Origin: Octopus sinensis
Taxonomy: Eukaryota
Direction: 5' to 3'
Assembly (NCBI RefSeq): GCF_006345805.1
Contig: NC_043019.1
Coordinates: forward strand, 19,405,360 to 19,469,359
Length of the DNA: 64,000 nt
The notes under the pieces are model-generated. The model made no database searches. It was given only the letters and a program-made list of their open reading frames with translations, and had not been told where the DNA came from. Position numbers and translations under genes: made by a program. Below, piece after piece: positions 24,261 to 38,327 of the stretch (the stretch's first letter is position 1; each line of letters opens with the position of its first letter).

Positions 24261-27069
24261 TGTTGTATACCTCCCTGGAGTAAAATCACTTCTCTTTGGC
24301 CACTCTTTTTGATCAGAGTGATGCCAATAGAGAGATCTTTAATCGGGCTGTTCCCCACTAACAGTTTCCTTGTTAGGTTTCCTGTAGGGGTAGTACTTTT
24401 ACCCCACAAGGCTTTGATCAGTCCAGAGCTATAGTAGGAAACACTTGTCCAAGGTGCCACACAGTGAGACTGAACCTAAAACCATGTGGTTGTGGAGCAA
24501 GTTTCTAAGCCACATGACCAAACCTCATTTCTGATTATTTGTTGATGCAATAATGGAGTACTTGACTTTATGACTTAAACTGTTGCTAAAAAAAACTTAC
24601 TATTACAAATTTTTTGTCATGCTATTTGAACGTTTTCAGCTGGTTTCGGGTAATTTTAGGGTGCATGGGTTCTGCATGGGTTCTGCAACGGGGAGCCCTA
24701 CCAATACCATTCACTTTACAGTGGGTTCTTGTTATTTTCATGTCGGTGAGATTACAAATCCCGAGGGGAAACATTGTCATGAAATGAGGTGTGTGTGTGG
24801 GTATTATATGTATACATAGACACACACACACACACTCACACACGCACACATATGTATGTATTTGTGTTTATGTCCCGTTGTCTTGATATTGTGTGCTAGT
24901 TGTGAATGAGTGTCATCATACTAGCTGTGTCATTCATTTGCAATTGACCGTGAAACTTGGCTGTTGTACAGTCCGTGTTCAAAGGACTTGGAGAAGTATT
25001 ACCTGAATTGGAAATGGGCGAGCGTATCAGGAGTGGCATCTGACCAGAGAAAATCTGCTTCAACAAATTTCATTTGAACTTTGTAATCTTGGAAGACTGG
25101 ATATTCAAATGTTGTTGATGATATGAATGTCATCCAACGGTAATTTCCCATGCTTCTTATTCTGTATCCATCTCTTGTAATTCTTCGACCAATCTTGTAA
25201 TCATGGCACACACTTTGCTTTGCTGATGATGAAAAGCAAAGGTACCACTGAGTTTATCTGCAATTGTTCCAGTTCTCTCATCGTCTGCTCATTTCTCCCT
25301 TTTAACTGATTGACATTTTGGAATTATAATTTCATTTTGATTTTCTTTTTCTTCATGTTAGTTCTTGCCTGATTTGAGTAGCTTTACGCATTGATCCAAT
25401 ATTTACCTAAATCTCTACAACTGAGGTAATCTTAATCAAAATCTTCTTGCTTGTCATGTTAAACGTTTTAACAATGATTTAATTGTCAATACGATAAATT
25501 GATTGCATTAACTTTTTTTTTTAGTCCAATTCTCCTTAATTTTCAACTGCATTGATATAGGTTCAGGGTATGGTTGTGTAATAAAATGTTCCTTCCCACT
25601 AGGTGGCACCTTGGGCAAGAGTTAACCAAATTTCTTCTGAATGAAATTTACTAGATGGAAACTGTAAGGAGGTCCACTGCATGTGTGAGTGTTTGTGTTT
25701 TTGCATTGATCCTATTTGACCTGTACAGATAAAAAGCTCAGTAACTGGTTGGTTTGACATGCAAAGATGAACAATAAAGTATCGTATTTGAAAACCAATT
25801 ATAGATGGCATCTGGAAGGCTATTCAACTATAGAATGCCACTTTAAGAAGTCTTCTTGGAACCAGTGAACATCCAAACAAAGCAATTGAACTTCATCCAT
25901 AACTGCACTGTTTAAGGATGGCATCTGACAAAAGAAACATTGCTTGTGTATCAAGTTAATCCAACCAACTTGTCCCTCTCTGCTCACAATGAAAGCAAAA
26001 CTGTGTGGCCCTGTGTCTGTTAGAGATGGCAAAATCTGTAGAGTGCCTGCCAAAATGCATTGTAATATTTATATATCTTTAGGTCCTGAGTTCAAATCCC
26101 ACTTGATGCATGTTTGCTTTTCTGAAGCTGATAAGAAAATAAATACCAGTCAGTTACTCGGGGTATTTGGTCCTGTTAACCTTCCTCCACAAAAGTTTGC
26201 AGCTTTGTGCCTAAATTAAACTGTTTTTTAATCATTTTAGGTTAGAGGATATGACCTGACTCATCTTCACCGCTGTCCTCTCTCTCTCTCTCCTCTCTTT
26301 TCCAGCTGCAGTAGCCATGTGTCTCATTTACAAGTCACCCGTTCCTATCCTGCTATCATTCTTTAACCTCTCATCTCCCGATATAAAGTCACAGCTCTCA
26401 GTATTACGAGTCCAACCTCCCCCAGGGGATTTTGTCTTGCTAGTTATTTGGTGACTGCACCGGTGCTGGTATTGGGTAAAAAGGACCCAGTATGTTCTAC
26501 TAAGTGGATGGTGTAGCAATGGTATGCAACTGTAGGAACTGTGCCAGCTCCTGTCAAAGTACCCAACCTATGTCAGCATGGAAAATAGATGTTAAAAGAT
26601 GGTGGTGGTGGTGGCTGCTGATGCAAGGTTCTGCACTTGATCAGATACTTTCCTTAATGCATTCAGTTATGCTTTACCTTTCAAAAAAAGTGTCTTTACT
26701 TCTTTTCAAAACAGTGAGGTGTAATGTAAGCGCAATTAGGCATCTCCTTCAATCAGGTTGGGCAACAACCTACAGACATTGTCTTTGTTGATTTTGTTGA
26801 TTTTGTTTTGTTGTTCAGCTCTGTATCAGGGCTGGTGGAGCAGACTTAGGATCAAAGCATTCTAGCCATGACCATCATGTATGTTTCTAGTATAACATTA
26901 TCCAATGGATACTTTCCTTTATCAAAACATTAGGTGTTGATTTGAAATAGATTTTGCTACTATTTCAAGCAAGTTAAGTGACCACATAGAAGCTCTCTTC
27001 TTTACTCCTCATTGTTGTTAATGTCAATGTCTTAGGGAGGAACAATAATTTGTTTTCGCTTCCTTACAG

Positions 27070-27236
27070 TTGAATGTGTTGATGCAGAATTGTTTCGTCT
27101 AAAAGAAATCCTTGAAAGCACAGCCCTAACAGGGGACTATGAATGTGCAGCCGTTCAGTGTCGGAGAGGTGTCGACCTTTTGCTGTGTTGCCATCAAGTA
27201 AAGGACCTGAGCAAATATTACCAGGGCTTGTATGCT
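27070..27236 (+). CDS. Host gene coding exon 6 (phase 1-0): VECVDAELFRLKEILES..KYYQGLYA
   Basis: CCTTACAG acceptor and GCT|GTAAGT donor. The phase matches both neighbours. Confidence 0.8.
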
Positions 27237-27567
27237 GTAAGTTTCTCACTTCTGGTCATCTTTCTATCAATGTTCTTTCTTTTGTTTGTTTTGTTTTGGC
27301 TGTGCTAATGCCAACCAGCAACAGCCACTCACACCTGTCATTTGCAGTGACTTCATATTCCTGCAGGTAACAAAATAAAACTAAAGAAACAATAACAAAA
27401 TGTTAACTCTCGTGCAGGCAGGTGTGGAGATGGGTGTGGGCGTGGCTCTGTGGTTAAGGCACCAGTTCAGCCCTGCTGCATGGCACACCTTGCCCAAGCT
27501 AAGTATCTTCTACCATAGTCCCAGGCTGACCAAAGCCCCTTGCTTCACAGAAGCTGTAAGAAATCCA

Positions 27568-27605
<38 letters not shown>

Positions 27606-27919
27606 CTGGCAAGAAAGCAATTTTGTTTTTTGCAAATACATAGTTAGGATTCTTTTCAATGACTTTTGTCAATGTTATGATTTTTTCCCCTTTTCACATT
27701 TGATAGCCATTACTCCTTTAGCTGACTTTGAAGCAAATTACGTGCAATTTCGTCTACAGCTGTTCAGTGTCAATTTTAACACAGAGCACAAAAATGAACA
27801 TTTTCGCTATATTTTGCTTTTTTTTTTATTTCTGTAAAGGTAAAAAAGCTGGTTAGGCTCACAAAGAGGTTTGGAAAGTTTATGGTATTGACTGCTTTAA
27901 AGAATACACGTGTAAAGAA

Positions 27920-28310
27920 TACAGGCGCAGGAGTGGCTGTGTGGTAAGTAGCTTGCTAACCAACCATGTGGTTCCGGGTTCAGTCCCACTGCGTGGCATC
28001 TTGGGCAAGTGTCTTCTGCTATAGCCACGGGCCGACCAATGCCTTGTGAGTGGATTTGGTAGACGGAAACTGAAAGAAGCCTGTCATATATATGTATATA
28101 TGTTTGTGTGTGTGTGTTTGTCCCCCTAGCATTGCTTGACAACCGATGCTGGTGTGTTTACGTCCCCGTCACTTAGCGGTTCGGCAAAAGAGACCGATAG
28201 AATAAGTACTGGGCTTACAAAGAATAAGTCCCGGGGTCGATTTGCTCGACTAAAGGTGGTGCTCCAGCATGGCCGCAGTCAAATGACTGAAACAAGTAAA
28301 AGAGTAAAGA
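27920..28310 (+). mobile_element. Near full-length tRNA-derived SINE
   Basis: A/B-box-like head, internal (TA)/(TG) microsatellite, tail ending GACTGAAACAAGTAAAAGAGTAAAGAG. Near-identical antisense copy at 58620-59045 and partial copies at about 9925, 10590, 22340, 22880, 27415, 40565 and 56645. Confidence 0.85.
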
Positions 28311-28319
28311 GTGTCTTTA

Positions 28320-29760
28320 TTCTTCATTGCATGAGTATTCTCCTGTCCCAGGGAATGATATTTTTCTGTGTATTGGCTCCCTTCTCTGGGACATATTTAA
28401 TGCATATGGCTTGCATTATTGGCATGAATTTGTGTTTCATATCTATGTCTTGCATAGAGAGGCTTTTAGGCCAGTCAGCCTTATAGAAATTTAGGCTGGA
28501 TAGGGTTTGAGTGCCATCTGTGCAGAGTTTATCTTCAGTTAATTCCAGGCCATACATTGTCAGTTCTACCATGTTATGGTCTGAGAATATTTTCAGTGAT
28601 ATATTTACGCTGTGGGTAATTTTCACATTGTTGGTAAAACAGATCCAAAATATTTTTGTGTCTGGTTGGGGAGAGTATGATCTGCTCCATGAAAAGCATT
28701 TTCGTAAGATCAAACAGAGATTCTACTTGATTTTGCTCTTTGTGCGTCATTCCTGGGGTTATATTGCCCTCAGGCCACCTGATGTTGGGGAAGTTGAAGT
28801 CACACATCAGGAATCTAGTAGTACATTGATCCAATTGTGTTGGTACTTCCTTTATTGCACTGAGGCTTTCCTCAAATTTTCCTTCATGATTTGAAGCATC
28901 AGGTGGGCGATATAGTGTGCATATGACTATACCAAGTTGCTTTAGACGTACTATGAGTGTGTCGCACACTGAGTTCGATAACAGGGTTAATGCTGTGACA
29001 TCTTCTTGGATGTACATTGCCACTCCACCATGACTTCTTTTTCTTCTGTCTGCACGGAACAGAGCATCCATTGGTATGTGTATCTCCGCATCGTTTATGT
29101 CTGCAGATAGACGTGTTTCTGTAAGTGCAATGCATACAGCTTGATTGCATGCAGAAAGATTCTTCAGGTGCACAATTTTGCATTTGCATCATGTTCTGCA
29201 AGCAATTCAAAAGGGGAAATGGCATTGGTGTGTTTGGTGGTTTGGTGCCAGTGGAAGCCACCCGGGCTCCGTCAATTGTGGCAATCTTGTGGTCTTTTTT
29301 TCTGCAGGTCTTTGCTAGGATATAGATTTTGCTAAGTGTGGTTGTTTCCTTTGTTGGGTGGGTGGTGTATTTTGCTTCAGTGCTGGGTGCGCAAAGCAGC
29401 AGTTTGTGCCACTCTCTCCATGCCAGCAGACACCTCTTTTGTGGAACTTGCTGATAGACGTTTTCCTATGAAAGGGGTTTTTATTTTAGAACAATTTTCA
29501 CTTAGTTTTCGTCTGGTTTCTTCTTTTTCTACTTCTACATTGCTGCTTTGGGAGGTGTTGGGGCTGTGGTTGTTTCTACTTTTTCTTTCCTTCCTTGTTC
29601 AGCATTTTAACTTTGGTGTTGATGTTGCTACTGCTTTCTGTCTAAGGTTTCTCACTATCAGTGTCATCATTTTTTTGCCAGTTTTAAAAGTGATGCCCAG
29701 TTTCTCCAGGTGTGGCTGTATGAGCACATAAAATCAGATAAACTCATCCTTTTTCTGCTC
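28320..29760 (-). mobile_element. Diverged CR1/L2-group LINE 5' part (ORF1 remnant plus endonuclease)
   Basis: ORF 28574-29173 has ALTET, HGGV and CDFN. About 29375-29450 on the minus strand reads SKFHKRGVCWHGESGTNCCFAHP, homologous to the ORF1 CCCH finger at 52309-52374. Confidence 0.85.
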
Positions 29761-30029
29761 TATTTGTACCACAGACCTGGAGAAACCATTGCTCTTCAGG
29801 GCAGCTGAAATTAAATCATTTGGCAATTTGCCTTCTGTGATTTCCCAGGCACGTATTAACTATACTATCTCAGTAGATTTCCAGTTTCTTGTCATCTTCC
29901 TTGTGGTGTATGGCTGTGGTGGTGTGTGCAGTGAGTTTTTGAGCTCAAGTATGGAGAGAACAGAGGTGTGATGGGAGAATGCGCAGAGGGGAGTGAAAAG
30001 TTGGGTAGGTCACACACACACACACACAC

Positions 30030-30077
<48 letters not shown>

Positions 30078-30476
30078 TGTATATATGTAAAAAAAAATCA
30101 TACTTGGAAATGATTGCATGGCGTTCAATCAAATAATAATATAAAAAAGGAATATATATATGCATATATAGACACGCATGAACATATATATATGTACGTA
30201 GGTATATCAGTACAGGACGTCACAAAAACATAACTAAACATGAAATACGAAAATAACATTGGGTACGCAAAAAACAAGACCCTTTATCAGTTGTCGGCTG
30301 TTGTTCTACTCCTTTTTTTGAGCATTCAAACGACAAGATATAAGACTTTGAAAGCAGTTGCTCCCGTGAACTGAAATAAAAAAATTAGGGATTTGCAGAC
30401 GGTCAAAGTTGGTAACAAAAACCGTGCTGGCACGGAAAACGCACGTTAAACGATGATGATGATATATATATATTAT

Positions 30477-31262
30477 GGATCTTTTCCTTTTGAACGGCAC
30501 TTTGTAACATAATTTCTAGTTAACTAAACACTTTTAAACTTCGTATACTGGTAGAATGTGTTTATAAAACATCATTTTTTCTTGGCTTTATTGAGAAAAT
30601 TCTATAGGTTGTAAGATATTTCATCTTTAATTTCGAGCATTTTGGCAATTTTAACCAATCGCTGACTTCCATTTAGGTAAATAACATTCTGTGCATAATG
30701 AATATGTCCCTCGTTTAAGAAACTGATTGGGTTTATTTACATATGTGAAGGAAAAAGATACCCTTCCCCCACCCCTAACCCTAAATCTAAAATAGATTGA
30801 AATGCAATAGATCGACACTAGGGTTATAATTATGGGTGACAATTTCATACGACACCGCTACGGATAATGGGATTTTTTTCTAGTGGTGTCAAATGAAAAT
30901 GTCACCCATAATTATGGCCCTAGTATCGATCTATTGCATTTCAATCTATTTTAGATTTAGGGTTAGGGTTAGTTAGGGGTTGGGGAAGGGTATCTTTTTT
31001 TCTTCACAAATGTAAATAAACCCAATCTGTTTCTTAAAGGAGGAACATATTCATTATGCACAGAATGTTATTTACCTAAATGGAGGTCAACAATTGGTTA
31101 AAATTGCCAAAATGCTCGAAATTAAAGACGAAATATCTTACAACCTATAGAATTTTCTCAATAAAGCCAAGAGAAAATGATGTTTTATAAACACATTCTA
31201 CCAGTAACATTTTAGTTACCTAGAAATTATGTTACAAAGTGCCATTCAAAAGGAAAAGATCC
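30477..31262. mobile_element. Near-fully palindromic foldback MITE with 8-bp flanking direct repeat
   Basis: Termini GGATCTTTTCCTTTTGAA / TTCAAAAGGAAAAGATCC, arms of about 380 bp with a short loop near 30860-30880, TATATTAT on both sides. Confidence 0.9.
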
Positions 31263-31299
31263 TATATTATTTATATTATCATTTGATTGAATGCTATGC

Positions 31300-31960
31300 A
31301 CCCATTTCATTGCCAACTGAACAGCATACACATGGAAGGATGCATCATTACTCATGTAAATGCCCAGGTCTCGCACTGATTGTGCCTCTGGGATTGCAAT
31401 CCCTCCAGGTCCAGTGTATTTATTGGGTATTGCATTTAGTTTTGCATGCTGATAGCATAAAGCTTGAAACTTTTCAGCATTGAACTGCATGCTATTCTTT
31501 TCAGCCCACTTGTATATTTTGTCCAGCTCACATTGCAGGTGCTTAGTGTCTTCAGGGTTCTGTATTGCCTGTGAAACTTTTGTATCATCTGCATAACTTG
31601 TGATCGTGGCTCTCTGTGTGGCTGAGGGCATGTCCGAGAGGGCCATTATGAACAGTAGTGGTCCCAGAACAGTGCCTTGCGGAACACCGCTCACTATTTG
31701 CATGTCATTGGAGGTGACCCCTGACTTCTATCCTTCAGAAAGTCATGCAGCCATTCTCCCAGTTTTCCAACTATGTTGAGATCATGCAGTTTCTGACATA
31801 TCATTCCATTATTGACTTTATCAAAGGCCTTTGCAAAGTCGAGATATATCACTTCCACATTTGAGTGGTTGAGCAGCTGTTTCAGCACCCAGTCATAGTG
31901 TTGTAGGAGCTGAGTAAACAGCTTCTTCCTGGTCGGAAACCATGTTGGGTGTCGGGCACA
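31300..31960 (-). mobile_element. RT fragment of the same LINE family as 15720-18832
   Basis: ORFs 31227-31703 and 31694-31888 contain GVPQGTVLGP, an intact YADD and LDFAKAFD. Confidence 0.9.
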
Positions 31961-32620
31961 TGATTTAAATGAAAACCAGAAAATGCACAGATATGAAGTT
32001 TGCTCATTGCTTCTTCTCCGTAACCAGACCGATCAATTTCTTGACTGTATTGTAACTTGCAATAACGGATTCTAAATGTTGTTTGCAGTGGTTGGACCAA
32101 AATGTAGCCCTGGAAACGTTCCCTAAACCTGAGTTCTTCAAAATGAAGGTTATGGTGACTGTTTGGTGGTGAACTGCGGAACTCATCCACTATAACTTCT
32201 TAAAACCTTGAAAAGCCATTACTGCAGAAACATATTGCCACGAAATTGCCAAAATGAACGTAAAACTGCTACTTGTCCATCCCAGAATGGTTAACAGAAA
32301 AGGGCCAATCATTTTTCATGACAATGCTTAACCACACTAATGACGCTCCAGAGGTTGAGGGAACTTGGCTATGAAGTTCTTCCCCACCCAGTTTAATCCC
32401 CAGACCTTTCTCCTATTAACTACCCCTTTTTCAAGCACCTTGATGGTTTTTCCTGCAAAAGAAAAGATTCAAAAATCAAACCAATGCTGAAAGTGTGTTC
32501 AAAGAGTTTATCGGCTCTAGGACTCCAGATTTTTATGTTATTGGAATAAACCAACTTGTAACTCATTGATGGAAATGGTAATTACTTTGATGAATAAAAT
32601 TTCTGCATTGTTGAAATATA
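31960..32620 (+). mobile_element. Degenerate mariner transposase remnant
   Basis: KVMVTVWW, FHDNA and PHP..SPDLSP motifs, with stops and frameshifts. Confidence 0.8.
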
Positions 32621-32858
32621 TTGTGATGAATTTCATGTTTCAAAACATTGCTTTCTTTTGGCTCAGCCTGATATACCAGGTAGCTAAAAGAAAAGCTAGG
32701 CAACAGGTATATTCCCTTTTCTCTCTTTTTACGTCTTTCTTGTCTTGTGTCATTTTTCTTTCGGTTTTCTTTTTTACTTTCTTGTATTGTTCTTCATTTT
32801 TGTTTGGAATTATTTTTGAACTGTCAATTTAAAAAAGTTATTTTTCTTCCTTTTAAAG

Positions 32859-32976
32859 ATTCACCTAGATAAAAAGAAGAAAGTTAAGTTGAGATCTGCT
32901 CATTATACGTTTACTTTCCTTAATTATCTTGAGAATACTTTCTGCTATCTTAAAAGAATTAAAGAAATTGATAAAG
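32859..32976 (+). CDS. Host gene coding exon 7 (phase 0-1): IHLDKKKKVKLRSAHYTFTFLNYLENTFCYLKRIKEIDK
   Basis: TTTTAAAG acceptor, AAG|GTAAGT donor, 118 nt open. Confidence 0.8.
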
Positions 32977-33059
32977 GTAAGTTTTGTGATCTGTTCTTAT
33001 TGTACAGTTATCTTTTGCTTCAGTTCCTGTTGACTAAAGTCTCTGCTGTTTTTCTATAT

Positions 33060-35035
33060 ATATCATGATCATTTAACATCCGTTGTCTATGTTGGACAGT
33101 TTGACCAATGTTGACAAGGACTTCACCAGACTCCAGTCTGATTTGGTAAGGTTTCTATGGCTGGCTGCCCTTCCTAACACCAACTTTACAATGTTTGCGG
33201 GGTGCTACTGTGTGACATCACACAGCACCACGCAGGTGTGTTATGTGGCACCAGCCCAGGACTCTTGCAAATCAATCCTCTCCATTGGGTGGGGGTGAGG
33301 GAACCAGTCTTAACACTTTTGTTGTGGAGTATGAGTCTTCTGAGTACAACAAAACGTATGTCATCTCAACTGAAAGAGTCAGGGTTAGTACTTCATCCCA
33401 CGTCTTCCTGGGTTCTCCTCTTCCATGTGTTCCATCTACTTTGAGAGATTGGCACATCTTTATAGAGCTGTCGGCATCCATCCGCATCACATGACCAAAC
33501 CAGTGCCATCTTCTCTCTTCCACACAGCAACCAATTCCTCTGATGCCTGACTTCTCTCTCAGAACAATAACACTCTGTTGAACTTGTACACTTACATTTC
33601 ACATCCAGTGGAGCATACTATCCTCATTTCTTTCTAACCTATGCATATCCCCTGCATTACCATGTGGAATCACTCTCCATATACATGCCTCATACAATCT
33701 GCTTTTCACTTGGAGAGAGAAAACTTTCAGAGCCAACACAGGTAACACCTCCCTGAATTTCTTCCATTCTAGTCTTATTCTGGATATCAAGCTCTCCATG
33801 CATCCTGCCCTACTATTTATTTGGTTCCCTAGGTAGCAGAAATTATCTACTACTTCATATGAGTCACCAAAGCATTTGAGGGACTCAATTTTTCCAGTCT
33901 CTTCGGTTTCTATGGATCCTCTGCATCTTCCACATACAGAGGCTATCTTCTCTGATAACCTTCCAATTAACCCACTGCACCTCGTGTGTGTCCATAATTT
34001 GCACTAGGTACACTGTATTGATTTCTTGCCTACATGTGTCCTACAAATTGAACAGGGCTATGTACCTGAATGCGGTAGGGTCCGGTCAGTTATCTTGCTT
34101 ACTAGGACCTTTGTCTTTGCTAAGTTAACCTTAAAGCCTTTAGATTCCAGGTTTTGCTTCCACACCTGGAATTTCTCATCTAGTTCTGATATGGAATCTG
34201 CTATGAGGGAAAGATCATCAGCATATAGTAGTTCCCAGGGACTGTTGATCTTGAATTCTTCTGTTATGGCCTGGAGGATAATGATGAAAAGGTGGGGACA
34301 AATGACTGAACCTTGATGAATCCCTACCTGTATATCAAATTCTTCACTGTATTCTTGGCTAACTCTTACCTTACTACAGTGTCTTTGTACATGGACTGTA
34401 CAGTTTTTACCAGCCACTTATCCCTAGCCTCATCAGAGCCCATCATATCACACAACAGAGTATTCTATCAAAGGCTTTCTCTAGATCAATGAATGCCAAG
34501 TATAATGGCTTCTTCTTAGCAGAGTACTTCTCTTGCAGTTGCTTGACTGTGAAAATAATTTTGGTAGTGCTTTTTCCCCAAACAAAGCTGAACTGCATTT
34601 CGTCAACCCTAATTCTGCTCCTAATTAATTGGCCAATAAATCTCCATTATTTTCATCACCTGGTCCAGGAGTTTGATGTCTCTACAGTTACTTCCATCTA
34701 CTGCATAACCCTTACCCTTGTAGCAGCTAATAATTATGTTGCTACACCAGTCACTGGGTATTACACCTGCTTGAATGACCTCATTAACTATGCAGGTAAC
34801 CACCAGCCCATATCCTACCTTACTGGATATTTTGAGCATCTCACCTGTGATTCCGATGGATCAGGGGTTTTCCCTGTTTTCATGCTTTTAATTGTCTTAT
34901 CTACCATACTGCTGTCCACTAGAATAGCTGGTCCCTTCGCTGGGCGCACACGAGGGAGACTTCCTTTATCCCGTTCATTCTCTACATTCAACATTCTCCC
35001 ATAGTAACTTTCCCACGCCTCTTTCTTGTCCACTG
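33060..35035 (-). mobile_element. Degenerate RTE-clade LINE with tail
   Basis: ORF pieces with IKLLDQVMK, GIHQGSV, LLYADDL, VNLAKTK and LHWM. Confidence 0.85.
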
Positions 35036-35670
35036 GAACCTGGTGCAGCCGCTGGCTCTCCAGACCTCAGTCAAACTGTCCAACTCATGCCAGCATGGAA
35101 AACGGACGTTAATTGATGATGATGATGATGATGATGATGATCACTAAGTGCAAGTATACCATTATCCATCTGTGCACACTTCTCTCCAACAATATCCTGA
35201 TTCTCACTATCTTGCAATCCGGAACACTTCAAGTCTCTGATCATCACACTGTAGGACTTTGGCAAACGTCTTCTTTTCTGCTTCTACCCTAGCTGGATAA
35301 ACCTGACATCTAGCCTCCCTTTTAGACTTTTGATATGTTTCTTTGCTACTCCCTGTGATCATGTTTTTTCAGTAATTACGTTCAGATCCCACTTCATTAG
35401 AGATGGGATTATTTTTATTAATTTATACTTTTGGGTGTTGCTCTTGCTTTATTTAACCAGAGAATCAGAAAGATTCTTATTCACTCCTTTTAGCTTAGTT
35501 TTTTTTTTTTACCTGTGTGATGTACTTTGTTAGGTATTTTGTAAAAGGAAGATGCCTTCAACCCTACTTCTTTTGGGGCCATTTAATCAACTTATTTATA
35601 ATATGTAAACGTTTTTTTTTTAAAAAAAGGAAAAATGTTTCATGATGTTTTATTGTTTTTGTTGCTGCAG

Positions 35671-35982
35671 ATATTGATGCCATTTTAGAAAATGTACATA
35701 AAATGGAAGAAGATGAGGCGAACAAATTTCTTCTGGAAAAATCTAAATCTTCTAAATCCTGGCCAATGCTACATTTCCTTCTCAGTGGAACAAAACCACG
35801 TCTTCAGAAATTCAATGCTTCCCACATGAATATTTCAACTTTATTGGAATCAAGAACATCTAATGAAATCGATAAGTCATCTGCTCTTGAATTATTAATG
35901 AATCTTCTGAGGAATGGTCTTCTCTCGGGACATGATAGTGCCGTGAAAATTCACAAAATCCTGCAACTGACATTAGACATTG
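35671..35982 (+). CDS. Host gene coding exon 8 (phase 1-1)
   Basis: GCTGCAG acceptor, TTG|GTAACA donor, open (ORF 35703-36059). Confidence 0.85.
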
Positions 35983-37089
35983 GTAACATAGAACGCATTT
36001 CTTCGGCATTTGCTCTTGTTTTTGTTGTTAGCTTTAATTTTTTTTTGCTATCTTTTTAAGTCTTTTTATTTAATAACTTTTCTTGTTTATAAATATTATA
36101 AAGATGAAGGTACCATTTTCATAGAGAATGTTTGGGATGTAGAGCATGGGCATCCAAGAGGATAATCAGGATGTTGGAAGTAAATAGTTTTTCCAAGAAG
36201 TCTTTCAGATTAGATGGTTCTTTTAATTTTATTCTTTGGCTGATTTCCATTGTTATAGGCCTCTGGCCATGTTGATTCCATGTGACATTTCTCCTGATAC
36301 TTTTGGAAAAATTATTTTCCTCTTAACATTTAAAAAATGTTTTTTCTTCATTCATCTTCAGTGAATGTTGGTTTTGACCAGAAGGAATTGATGCCATCAC
36401 ATGGTATCCAGCAATTGTCAAGTGTTTCAACCCTGAACCATCTCACTGGTGGGTCAGCAGAGGTGGTCAAATCACTGCTTATCATCTCCTCCTGGCCCCT
36501 ACTTTTATTCCTCTCACTTGCTCCGTAACCAGTAAAAGGCTCTTCTGCCCCCCCCCCATCATGTGTGCAGCTATTTCTCACCCTTTTCCTCTTACTCCAA
36601 TAGCTGGAAGCATTCTTCATAATTCTACTGGGTAGGGAATTATTATCATTATTGAGGATAATATTGCCTTTCCTCCTTCAGGGGTCAATAAAGCACCAAT
36701 CGAGTACCAGGACTGATTTCATTAACTAAATCTTCCTTCAAATTTCTGGTTCCTATGTGATAAACCAATTTAGTGGAATGGAAGAATTGTTGGCTCTTTA
36801 TGTTCTGAGTTCAAATCCTGCCAAACTCATCTTGCTCCCTCATCCTTTCAGGGCCATCAAAGTTGATAAAATAAGTAGCAGCCAAAAAATGCAGTTGATT
36901 CTGGCCCACTGTCCCTAAATTTCTGGTCTTGTATCTGTATTAGAAACATCTATTCCTTTTGAAAATTTTATTTTTCATCTTTCTAATGTTGACAAAAGAA
37001 AGTATCAGTCAGACATTGTGGTTGATAGAATCAACAAAGGCCTTAAGCTTAATTTAAAACAGTTATTATTATAATTATTAAGGTGCCTT

Positions 37090-37432
37090 CCTGGTAAACT
37101 TATCAATACGTGACAAAATGCTTAGTCGCTTTGCCCTTCATTCCTCTGGGGTTCAGAAAATATGTACCAGTTGAGCACCAGAGTTAGTGTAATTGAGGGA
37201 AGCACTTCCTCTAAAATTGCTGGCTTTGTGCCAAAATTCGAAACTTGCCATTACAAAATTATGGCATTTCTTCTCACTCTTTACATTCTGAGTTCAAATT
37301 CTGTTGAGGTCAACTTTGCCTTTTATCCTTTCAGGATTGATGAAATAGTACCAGTTATGCACTGGGGTGTGGGTGATGTAATTGATTAATTTCTCTTCAC
37401 AAAATTTCAGGCCCTGTGCTTTCAGTAGAAAA

Positions 37433-37465
<33 letters not shown>

Positions 37466-37750
37466 TCTTATTATCATCATCATCAGCTTCTTCTTCTTAT
37501 TCATGTGTACAAATATAGGTTTAACAATGCAAGTAGGAAGAATAGAACTCAAAACATGAGTGTATGTATTTCTTATATTTAGCAGCATTTCGTCCATCTT
37601 AATGTTCTGAGTTTGAATCCCATTGAGATTGACTTTGTCTTTCATCCTTCTGGGGTTGGTAAAATAACTACTAGCTAGGCTTTGGGGTCAATGTTACTGG
37701 CTTATCCTCTCTCCTTGAATTTGCTGGCCTTGTGCCAAAATTTGAAACCA
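37090..37750. mobile_element. Cluster of short interspersed repeats (CTGAGTTCAAAT..CTTTCATCCTTT.GGGGT family)
   Basis: The same motif set recurs at about 12385, 19850, 26030, 36640, 37090, 37250 and 37560. Confidence 0.7.
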
Positions 37751-38078
37751 AAATTTAACAGAAGTAACAGAGTGCTTCAAGGGCCAAGAATTTTGTGTTA
37801 GCACTTCTCAAACTAGTTAGAAATTCTGGGATTATAAATCCATATACCAGTGATAATGGTATTTTCCAGGATAGTTCTGGAACAAATTATAAATAAGATT
37901 ATCTTTGGTATATAAATTTATAACATCTGGATTTGTAACTAGTTTGATAAGTGTCAACACATGGAACTCTCAGCTTTTGAGTCACTCTGTTATTTCTGCC
38001 AAATACAAATAAAAAATATACATTTAAATAAATCTATAAATCTGTTCATGTATTTCTTTGTTTATTTCTTGCCACCAG

Positions 38079-38327
38079 GTTGTCTTGATGCTTTAGATTA
38101 CTGCCTTAACAACAAGAACATCAACGTGGTGAACGCCAGAAACGAGACTCTGCTGCATTCCTTGGTACAAACTGAAGTTGAAGATGTTCAATTTTACATA
38201 AAAGTTATGAAACTCTTGCTGAAGAAAGGAATCAAAAAATCAATGAAAGACTCTCAAGGCCGAAAGGCAGAGGATCTAGTCTCCATTGTAAGGCTGCCAG
38301 GAGCACTTCTCAAAGTGGAAAATATCA
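38079..38327 (+). CDS. Host gene coding exon 9 (phase 1-1), clear ankyrin repeats
   Basis: INVVNARNETLLHSLV..VMKLLLKKG....KDSQGRKAEDL. CCACCAG acceptor and A|GTAAGA donor. Confidence 0.85.

Noticed and set aside
24960-25420. Minus-strand ORF 24999-25211 as a mobile-element protein fragment
   Set aside because: It looks vaguely Penelope-like, but I could not identify a diagnostic motif.
27230-27235. Alternative donor CTT|GTATGC in exon 6
   Set aside because: Phase 2 does not fit exon 32859. GCT|GTAAGT is a better consensus and is in phase.
30770-30975. TTAGGG/CCCTAA motifs as an interstitial telomere
   Set aside because: Only 2-3 units, located symmetrically inside MITE arms.
38288-38293. 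Alternative donor ATT|GTAAGG in exon 9
   Set aside because: It would give phase 0, but the next identified exon (56267) needs phase 1, so 38328 is preferred. RNA evidence could overturn this.
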